In this document: piece by piece, positions 22,551-32,095 of the stretch
How positions within the stretch are numbered: the first letter of the stretch is position 1
Layout: each line of letters begins with the position of its first letter
Origin: Malacoraja senta
Taxonomy: Eukaryota
Reading direction: 5' to 3'
DNA length: 64,000 nucleotides
NCBI GenBank assembly: GCA_038087875.1
Contig: CM075981.1
Coordinates: forward strand, 682,001-746,000
The notes under the pieces: generated by a model
Database searches by the model: none
What the model saw: only the letters and a program-made list of their open reading frames with translations
What the model was told of the DNA's origin: nothing
Program-made: the position numbers and the translations under genes

Positions 22551-22874
22551 CTTCAGAAACCTTCAATGAGATGGAGGTCTTTTCAATGAATGACAATATT
22601 CCCTTTCCTATCACACACCAGTAGCGTCCTTCATCACTCTTCTCCAGGTTGTTGATGGTTACTGAAAGTATCTGTTCTGTTTTGTTATCAGTCATCGATG
22701 TTCCCCCTTGTCGTGGGTGATCAGTAGAAACCACGGTAGATGATTTCCAGTAATCATCACCTTTACTCCATAGCTTCCTGTTGTCACTGTATTCCTGATC
22801 ATATGGACATTCCACAGTGACCGACTGCCCCAACTCTCCCCTCACCTCCTCGGGTCCAGTTATTCCCCATGACC
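22551..22874 (-). CDS. Gene 1 Ig V-type domain exon (324 nt, phase 1 to 1), CD300/pIgR/TREM-like (MDIR-like)
   Basis: cccacag|GG acceptor, GAAG|GTACGT donor; GITGP..V.G.LGQSVTVECPY, LW, LSVTINNLEKSDEGRYWC; NKT sequon. Confidence 0.94.
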
Positions 22875-23029
22875 CTGTGGGCACATTAATGATGAAAGAT
22901 CACTCACACTGCAGCAACACAAGCTGAGGTTTAACAATAAAAAACATGTCATTTGTGCTGTTCAGACAGGTTCATGGTTTCGCATAGATCATGTGCAGCA
23001 AGGGACTGCAGGTGCTGGTTTACACCAAA

Positions 23030-23170
23030 GATAGACACAAAGAGCTGGAGTAACTCAGCGGGGCAGCCAGCATCTCTGGAGAAACCGACAGGTGATGTTC
23101 CCTCACCCATTCCTTCTCTCCAGAGATGCTGCCCGTCCCGCTGAGTTACTCCAGCATTTTGTGTCTCTCT
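23030..23170. repeat. Fold-back hairpin of inverted PLE-derived termini (similar at ~23440-23640 and in gene 2 intron 1)
   Basis: gctggagtaactcagcggg...catctctggagaaa and ttctctccagagatgctg...cccgctgagttactccagc are reverse complements. Confidence 0.8.
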
Positions 23171-24852
23171 TCTTTTGCATAGAACCTGTTGCACTTTAAT
23201 GCTTTTCCCGCAGGTGTTAATTCCCATTTCACCGGGATTGTTCCCCAAGTTCCAGTGAAAGCAGAAGTGCTTCTGAATCTACCTGGCGCCCGGATCATCC
23301 TTCCCTGTGGGCGTGGCTTGACCTGAGTGGTGGTCATGTGACAGGAAGCCAAACCTGTCACTCACTCTGACCCACCCTGTGTTCAATCTCACTACAACCC
23401 ACTTCCCCATTGAACAAGTAGAAACAAGGAACTGCAGATGCTGGTTAATACTCAAAAGGACACAAAGTGCTGGAGTAACTCAACGGGTCAGGAACTATCT
23501 CTGGAGAAAGTGGAATTCTCTGGGTGAAAAGGTTTTTCCTCATTTGAGTCCAAAATGGCCTACCCCTTATTCAGGTCTCAACCGTAAACGTCACCTATCC
23601 ATGTTCTCCAGAGATGCTGCCTGACCTGCTGACTTACTGGTATGGTATGGTATATGGACACACTGATTTGTTTTGTAGTAAATGCCTACTATGTTCTGTG
23701 TGCTGAAGCAAAGCAAGAATTTCATTGTCCTATCAGGGACACATTACAATAAACTCACTTGGACTTGAACTTGAACTCCAGCACTTTGTGCTTTACTAAA
23801 GCTGAATAGGCAGCTGCCTGTGATGCCTCAGCAGGTCAGGCAACATCGCTGGAGAACATGGATATGTAATGTTACAGGTAGAGACATGGTGGCACAGTGG
23901 CACAGGGGTAGAGTTGCTGCCTTACAGCGCCAGAGACCCGTGTTTGATCCTAACCTCGGGTGCTGTCTGTACGGAGTTTGTACGTTCTCCCCGTGACAGC
24001 GTGTGCTTTCTCCAGTTTCCTCCCACACTCCAAAGACATGCAGGTTTGTAGGTTAACTGGCTTATGTTAAAATTGTAATTTGTTCCTCGTGTGTAGGATA
24101 GTGTTACTGTGCCATGTGATCGATGGTCGGCGTGGACTTTGTGGGCCAAAGGGCCTGTTTCCGTGCTGTATCTCTAAAGTCACTAAAGGAAAGTCACCAA
24201 GTGATGCAGCTTGACCTGCAGTGTTACTCCAGCACTTTGTGTTTTACTAAATCTGAATAGCCAGTGGTGACTCAGCAGGTCAGGCAGCATCTGTGGAGAA
24301 CATGGATAGGTGACGTTTCAAGTCAAGACCATGAGATACTGCCTGACCTACTGAGTTACGCCAGCACTTTGTGCCCCATTGAACTAAACTTCCCGGCCTG
24401 AGGTGGAAGCTGGATCTGCCACTGATGTTTCAAACTCCACGTCCACCTGGAATAATCATGAGGTGTCTTTTTCACACAAAGTCTGGTCGGTGTATGGATC
24501 AAGCTGCCAGAGGAAATAGTTGAGGCAAGGACTATCCCATCATTTAAGAAACAGTTGGACAGGTACATGGATAGGACAGGTTTGAAGGGACATGTACCAA
24601 ACGTAAACAGGTGGGACAGGTGTTACTGAGACATGTTGGCCGGTGTGGGTAAGTTGGGCCGAAGGGCCTGTTTCCACACTGTATCACTATGACTCTAACA
24701 CATGTGAAACTCTGCAGATTCAGGAGCTGGGGTGGAGACACATCATCAGATCAGTCCAGGTCCGAACTCAGAGGCTGGGGAAAGCACGGTGTGAAGAACA
24801 GCTCGAGCAGCAGAGTCTGTTGTAAGGAAGCTGGCTTTTCTCAGAGTGGAGA

Positions 24853-25062
24853 TGTAGAGCCGTGCATGTTCCTTTAACATGGTGACCTCACTTCTACTAA
24901 CCACTCCCCATTAGCTTCAGTATAAATGTAACCTTCCCACCCCTAGCTCGCTCTCTAGCTCCGGTAACGGACCACGAACAGCTAGGGCAATATGTGTGTA
25001 TACGAATACAATGTATGCAATAAACTAGAGTGAAGACACCATGTGTTTGGACAGTCTTTACA
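24853..25062 (+). mobile_element. 210 bp solo LTR in gene 1 intron 1
   Basis: TG...CA ends, GAGA 4-bp target duplication (24849-24852 and 25063-25066), TATAAA at 24921, AATAAA at 25019; empty site in gene 2 near 57243. Confidence 0.8.
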
Positions 25063-25300
25063 GAGAGATTACCACAACTTCTCCAAATGCTAAATTGGAC
25101 AGTCACTCTGGTGCTTCCTCATTTGAGATGCCCGCCTGTTCCCATCGGCTGGCTTTCACAGGTTTTTTCTTTGAATATGCTAAGGTTTAGGTTCAACATT
25201 TCCCATTGCAGTGCGTGGAGGGAGTGCCGTGTGTCTTTGATAGACACTAAATGCTGGAGTAACGCAGCGGGTCAGGCGGCATCTATGGAGAGAAGGAATG

Positions 25301-25334
25301 GGTGACGTTTTGGGTCGAGACCCTTCTTCAGACC
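25301..25334 (-). ncRNA. Best-preserved minimal hammerhead ribozyme motif (paralog 57472-57505)
   Basis: GGT-CTGAAGA-A-GGGT-CTCG-ACCC-AAAA-CGTC-ACC: stems I and II and palindromic ACGT stem III intact; G12 changed to A. Confidence 0.65.
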
Positions 25335-25539
25335 GAGTGTCGGGGGGTGGAGGAAGTCAAGAGATATGCAAGAGGTAAGGCGTGAAAACGACAGAACAAA
25401 GCAGATGGTGATAAGGAAATGTAGATCGCAGAGCCGGAGAGCAGGAGGAATCACAGAGGGGGAACAGCGAGGGAGGGTGTTGCAGAATTCTCGTCGGGTA
25501 GAAGAGGAGAACTTCTGTCCCAGGCTAACTGAACCACAC

Positions 25540-25790
25540 CAAAAGTCAGAGAGTCGTTGGTTCAACTCCCACTCCCGAAGCTCGAGGACAGAGGGAGTGC
25601 GGTACTGAGGGGAATCACCACTGCTGGAGGTGATGTCACTTTGCCGAGGCATTTAGCTGATCTGCTGTCTGCTCTCTCAAGTCACTGAGAAAGTTCACCT
25701 GTAGATAGTTTGCACCAGAATAGTGGAGCAAACTATCTGTTCTGGGGCCAAGAGTTACCCCTACACCCAAGATCAACAGGGCCAGCTGCG
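25540..25790 (+). mobile_element. Possible ancient DeuSINE/SacSINE-like remnant
   Basis: ggttcaactcccactcc...gagggagtgc...actgctggagg resembles that family as I recall it; highly degenerate. Confidence 0.35.
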
Positions 25791-26170
25791 GACTTTAATT
25801 CTCAGGCTGCGGCCTCTGGTCCTAGACTCTCCCATTAATGGAAACATCCTCATCCCATCCACTCTATCCAGGCCTTCATTATTCGGTATTAAACATTAAA
25901 CTTCATTATTCGGTAAGTTTCAATGAGGTCCACAAGGCCAGGCAAGCTCTAGATGGTTATCTCCCTTCTCCACAGGGAGCTAGCTGTGTGCGATTTGGCT
26001 GCACACAACACGACAACAGCCGCTGATGGAAGTCTCTACAGGAACTAACGAGTGTTAAGCAATTGATCATCAGCTCCCCACACAGTACAGAGAAGTCCTC
26101 GGTTACAAATAATTCAAGGCGCTGGTAAATAATTCTAAAGAACAGAGCATTTTGTAAAACAACGATTTAC

Positions 26171-26267
26171 CTGGTGTGAGACCAACAGCGACAAGAACCA
26201 GCAGAGCGACTGTTCCCCTGGATCTGGGCCGTTTCTGGTGGGTGAATTCTCCCTGTCCCACCGCCAT
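26171..26267 (-). CDS. Gene 1 leader exon (97 nt): MAVGQGEFTHQKRPRSRGTVALLVLVAVGLTP
   Basis: Kozak gacATGG, hydrophobic core, CCAG|GTAAAT phase-1 donor matching the V acceptor; conserved in gene 2. Confidence 0.88.
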
Positions 26268-26299
26268 GTCTCGGCTACGTTGGATCGGTTTGGTCCCTG

Positions 26300-26420
26300 C
26301 ACTGCGTTTGAGTTGTCCTCTTCCTCATTCACAACAGAAGTCAAACAGTCAATTTCCGTTTACTCAGGAAACGACTTTGCAGTGGTTCGAGACTAACTTG
26401 GTGACTCACTTGCCACCTCC
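26300..26420 (-). promoter_or_regulatory. Putative proximal promoter of gene 1 with Ets/PU.1-like GAGGAA (26321-26326) and AP-1 TGACTCA (26402-26408)
   Basis: Short motifs just upstream of the leader ATG in a block conserved between paralogs; motif matches alone are weak evidence. Confidence 0.3.
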
Positions 26421-27899
26421 CCCAGCCTCCTCACCACGGACAATGCACCTATCAGGAGTGCGCTGCAACGCTCTCCTGTTGCCTGGATTGGAGCATCTCC
26501 TCGAAGCTCTGCTTCATCCTGGTGACATTTGCCCACTTGACTGGCGCTCTGTCCGCCACTGCAAACATTCCCTTGCCCACCCCCTCAACCCCCTCCCCCA
26601 AATGCAGGCACACTGTGTCCGAACTTGAATGGGGTTAGGAGGCAGAGATCAGCCATGTTTGAATGGCGGAGTAGACTCGATGGGCCGAATGGCCAAATTC
26701 TACTCCTGGAATGTGTGAACTTTTTCACACAGAGAGTTGTGAGTCTGTGGAATCCTCTGCCTCAGAGGGCGGTGGAGGCAGGTTCTCTGGATACTTTCAA
26801 GAGAGAGCTAGATAGGGCTCTTAAAGATGGCGGAGTCAGGGAAATGGGGAGAAGGCAGGAAAGGGGTACTGATTGTGGATGATCAGCCATGATCATATTG
26901 AATGGCAATGCTGGCTCGAAGAGCCGAAAGGCCTACTCCTGCACATATTGTCTATTGTCTATTGCCAAACGCGATCAGATAAGTCAACTCACGTCACCAG
27001 ATAAACTCCTTGAAGGACAATTCACATATTTGAGCATCGGAGACCGGGTAAAGCTTAGTTTGAGGATGTGATTCATAAAATCATAGAGTGATACAGCACG
27101 GAAACAACTTGCCCTATGCCGATCAAGATGTCCCATGTACGCTAGTCCCTCTTTAGTTTAGTTTAGTTTAGAGATACAGTGCGGAAACAGGCCCTCCGGC
27201 CCACCGTGTCCGCACCGTCCAGTGATCCCCGCACATCAACACAAATGTTTACATTTACACCAACCCAATTAACCTACAAAGCTGTTCATCTTTGGAGTGT
27301 GGGAGGAAACTGAAGTTCTCGGAGAAAACTCATGCAGGTCACTGGGAGAAAGTACAGACTATGTACAGACAAGCACCTGTAGCCAGGATCAAACCCGGGT
27401 ATCTGGCGCTGTTATACAATGTAAGGCAGCAACTCTACGGCTGCGCCACCGTAAAAATCAGGCCTTTGTTTGACCCCTGTCCCTACAAACCTTTCCTATT
27501 CACGTACCATGTCCTAATGCTTTTAAATGTTGTTAATAGTACCTGTCTCCACTAGCTCCTCTGGACATGTTCCTTCCATATACCCATCAGCTTCTGTGAG
27601 ATAACATTGTTGAGGTAGGATTAGGGTTGTGTGAGGGAGAAGACAAAGGAGATTGCATATACTAGAATCTGGAACAATAGGCAGAACACCTGAAAAACTC
27701 AACGGGTCAGGCAGCATCTGTGGAGGCAAAAAGTGCATGTTTGTATTCCGGCCGAGACACTACTTCGGGCTGAGGGTAAAAAATGGATATTTACCAATAT
27801 ATGAGGAGATGGGTCAAATGCGGGCAAGTGGGACTAGTGGACTAGGGTGGCGCAGTGGTAGAGCTGCTGCCTTACAGCGCTTACAGACAGGTTCGACTG

Positions 27900-30800
27900 T
27901 TAGACAGACTACGGGTGCTGTCTGTATGGAATTTGTACATTCTCCCTGTGACCGCCTGGGTTTTCTTCGAGATCTTCATTTTCCTCCCACACTCCAAAAA
28001 TATAGGTTTGTAGGTTAGTTGGCTTGGAACAGCTGTAAATAGTCCCTAGTGCGTGTAGGATAGTGTTAATGCGTGGGGATTGCTGTTCGGTGCGGGCTCG
28101 GTGGGACGAAGGGTCAGTTTCCACGCTGTATCTCTAAACTAAACTATTGTGGGTAAGCAGTTTGGTCAGCATGGTCAAGTTGGGAAGAAGGGCCTGTTTC
28201 TGTGCTATATGACTCTATGAGTTTAACTCTGGTGCCAGTGCCCCGCCCTGCTCTGCCCCACTCACCCTTCACGCTGGCACTGTGACATGTAGGTGGATTT
28301 GGATTTGACCATGGTTCTCCACACCTCACAGATCTGATAACCCACCCTGCATAGTCATAACAACCCTAACCCGTAGAACCAATGATTTGGTTTCAAAATA
28401 TTTACACTGGTGTTCAAATCTTCTTATCAACCTCACAACTTCCTATTTCTCAAAAACAAACATATAATGCTGGAGTAACTCAATGGGCCAGGGAGCATCT
28501 CCAGAGAACATGGATAGGTAACGTTTTCGGTTGGGACCCTTCTTCAGGCTGATTGTAGTAGGGGGGAGAAAGTTGGGAGAGAGGTGGGGGAAGGATGAAG
28601 ACTGGCAAGTGATAGGTGGATACAGGTGAGGGAGAGATGGTTATTGACTGATGGGTGAACGAAGGCCAGAGATGGAAAGAAGATAAAAAGCTTTGGGATA
28701 TGGAGAGAAGAGGCATGAAATGTGAAGCTGGAAGAAAGGATATATATAGTTGGAAAGGGATGGAGGTTAGGGGAAAGGATTGTTGTGGGTTAATTACTTA
28801 AAACTAGAAAATTCAATGTTCCCACCATTGGGTTGCAATCTACCCGAGCAGACTATCAGATATTACTGCATCTGTACTTCCTTGTGTCTTCCTGTTTCTC
28901 AACCTATTTTGACGTGAGTTGCTAGCATTGTGTTGTAACACTGCTACACTGGTGATGGAGAGGGTTGTACTGGGTGATATTTGTGGGGTTGGGGTTGCTG
29001 AAGGTGGAACTGCAACCACCACCAGAGACCTAGGTTCAATTCTGACCTCCGGCGCTATCGGTGTGGAGTTTGCACGTTCTCCCTGTGACCGCTGGGTCTC
29101 CTCTGGGTGCTCCGGCATCCTCCCACATCCCCAAAACGTGTGGCTCTGTAGGTTAATTGGCCCTCTTGTCGAATTGCACTCAATGTGTAGGGAGTGCATG
29201 CAAAAGCGGTGTAACGTGGGACTAGTGTGAACAGGTGATCGATGGTCAGCGTGGACTCGGTGGGCCGAAGGGTCTGTTTCCATGCTGTATCTCGAACCAG
29301 CATGTGATTCGATGCCAAATTCCACCTGACAATGGTGCTGTGAAGAACCTCGAGACTTTTCCAGCACCTTTAATGCACTGTTGAAATGCAAGTTGCAATG
29401 CAAAATGAAATTATTGCAAAGAATTGCTCAATAAACCTTTAGTCAGAGGGTGATGAATCTGTGGAATTCTTTGCCACAGAGGCTGTCAGTGGATATTTTT
29501 AAGGCAGAGATAGAGAGATTCTTAATTAGTTCAGGTGTCACGGGTTATGGGGAGAAGGCAGGAGAATGGGGTTAGGAGGGAGAGATGGATCAGCCATGAT
29601 TGAATGGCGCAATAGACTTGATGGGCCGAATGGCCTAATTCTACTCCTTTCACCTAAGAACTTATGACAAAATTCAGCCATCTTCATTTACATTGGATTA
29701 CTTTAACCATTATTCAAAGTGCAGCATTTTACACGGCAATTCTATTGGTAATAAAGTTAAAAGTTCACATTCTGGAGAGCCAGCTTTGAGTTCTAGTCTA
29801 CGTACTGCTGTCTTTTGGGTGAATGTCAGGATGTACAGAAGTGTCTGCAAACATTGGTGCCTTTTTGAGGCAGCGACTCCGATAAATAAAATGTTTGGAG
29901 CTGAGTTCCAGAGGTCACCCCTCACCCTGCCACTATGTCCTACAGTGGTATAGGACAGGCAGCACACCCTCCCCACTGACGATCAAGGAGCCTCTGTGTG
30001 GAGATAGATGATCAGATCAATCCAGATCATGTTCATAAGTTATAAGAGCAGAATTAGGACATTCGGCCCATCAAATCCACTCCGCCATTCAATCAATCAT
30101 GGCTGATCTATCTTTCCCTCTCGACCCCATTCTCCTGCCTTCTCCCCATAACCCCCGACACTCGTACTAATCAAGAATCTATCAATCTCCGCCTTAAAAA
30201 TGTCCTTTGACTTGGCCTCCACATCCTTCTGTCGCAATGATTTCCACAGATTCACCACCCTCTGACTAAAGAAATTCGTTCTCATCTCCTTTCTCAAACT
30301 ATGCCCTTTTATTCTGAGGCTAGGGCACAAATTCATCACCCTCTCTCTCAAGGGTGTCTTGGGTGACTTTCCCAGGCTACTTGAGCCACACCATGGGCCA
30401 GCGTAGACATCCAGCAAAAGGTCAGTTTGTGGCAGGGTGTGGTGGAGATGCCCTTCAAAATAAGGGAAGGTATCCCACGCCAGTGGGCCACATGAGTGGC
30501 AAGGGTATGGGGTAAATTTGTGTAATTTGTGTAAACAGTATTGAATGTATGTCTAGCCTCCGAGAATGTCGGATGGAGTTTTGTAAGGATCATGAATTGT
30601 ATATATTTTATTTTTCTAATAAAGTATATTTTGAAATTTAAAAAAACCCGGAGTCAGAGTGTTGTGGGTTCAACTCCCACTCCAGATGCTGTCACTCTGG
30701 CCTGCTGCTCTGCTGTCTGCTCTCGCAAGCCTGCTTTCTCTCTTCAGTGCAGCACGGAGGTGCAGCGGTTAGCTGCTGCCTCACAGCGCCAGAGACCCGG

Positions 30801-31557
30801 GTTTGATCCTGACTACGGGTGCTGTCTGTGTGGAGTTTGAACGTTCTCCCTGTGACCTCGTGGGTTTCCTCCAGGTGCTCTGGTTTCCTCCCACATCCCT
30901 AATCCATGCGAGTTTGTAGGTTAAATACCTCTGCAAGATTGTCGCAAATGTGTAGGGAATGGATGAGAAAAGTGGGATAACAGAACTAGTGTGTACAGGT
31001 AGACAAAAATGCTGGAGAAACTCAGCGTTTTTGTCTACCTTCATGTTCCAGCATCTGCAGTTCCTTCTTAAACATAGTGTGTACAGGTGATCAATGGTCG
31101 GCGTGGACTCGGTGGGCCAATGGGCCTGTTTCCATGCGGTATCTCTAAACCAAGCATAGAAACATAAAAACATAGAAAATAGGTGCTGGAGTAGGCCATT
31201 CGTCGCTTCGAGCCTGCACCGCCATTCAATATGATCATGGCTGATCATCCAACTCAGTATCCTGCACCTGCATCCTCTCCATACCCCCTGATCCCTTTAG
31301 CCACAAGGGCCACATCTAACTCCCTCTTAAATATAGCCAATGAACTGGCCTCAACTACATTCTGTGGCAGAGAATTCCAGAGATTCACCACTCTCTGTGT
31401 AAAAAATGTTTTTCTCATCTCGGTCCTAAAGGATTACCCCCTTTTTTTTTTTTTTTACTGACTTCCGGTGGCGCTATGGAGGCTTGAGTCCAGTGCCAAC
31501 TAGCTCCGTGCCGAAGAATCTGAAAACGGGAGAAAATCGGGTCTTACCTGCAGCGAT
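27900..31557. repeat. Third paralog of the ~1970-5938 block (offset ~25619); diverged to ~29100, near-identical afterwards
   Basis: ORFs 4074/29693, 4478/30097 and 4922/30541 translate identically. Confidence 0.93.
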
Positions 31558-32095
31558 TTGGAAAGGCCCTATAACCCCCACAATCAAAATGTGGATTATA
31601 GAAATGACGGAGACCTTAAATGTGGAAAGAATCAGATGTGGAATCAGAATCAAATGTGGAAAGAAAAGAATCAGATTTGCCCTGTTGGACAAACAGGAAT
31701 TATTCGTTGGAACATGGTCTCCCTTTATTGATTATTTAAAGGGTCAGAATGGTTCAGCACAAGAACCTGACTAGCACTCGGGCTAAAGAATGGATGAAAT
31801 GTTATACTCTGAAATGTACGAATATATCTCGAACGAAGTTTTTTATCTTAATAAATGTTTCCATTCTTCTTTAACTATCTTTTTCTTCTCTGTTTTCTTT
31901 TTTTTTTTTCTTTCTTTACTTCATCTATCTTTTTAGTTCTATCTAGTTTAAAAATTTTTTTTAAAAAAGGCAAAAGGTATTGGAGACAATGTAATAATAA
32001 TTGACGATATTATCAATTTAAAAATGTAAGACTGGTAATGATGATAATATGTTGTGTTTTATCTCCAATAAAAAATATTTTCAAAAAAAAAAAAA
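31460..32095 (+). mobile_element. Internally deleted L1 (636 bp): 98 bp of 5' end joined to the 3' end, in the same insertion site as the full copies
   Basis: Matches 5841-5938 plus 11744-12241; same T15 5' flank, poly(A) and CR1 flanks. Confidence 0.95.

Larger units (their letters stand above)
22410..26590. repeat. Older paralogous segment (V exon, intron 1, leader, promoter); partner ~54775-58870
   Basis: About 3% substitutions next to V, with more indels further from it. Confidence 0.9.

Noticed and set aside
22551-22874. V exon as a rearranging Ig/TCR/NAR V segment
   Set aside because: The exon includes its own G strand and ends in a splice donor. The CACAGTG near 22813 is inside coding sequence with no nonamer at 12 or 23 bp.
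26440-26575. Coding-looking minus-strand stretch MFAVADRAPVKWANVTRMKQSFEEMLQ upstream of the leader
   Set aside because: About 40 aa, unrecognised, and interrupted by TAG in the gene 2 paralog.
31600-31680. Short repeat cluster as a CRISPR-like or minisatellite array
   Set aside because: Irregular local templated insertion; no repeat-spacer periodicity and the context is eukaryotic.
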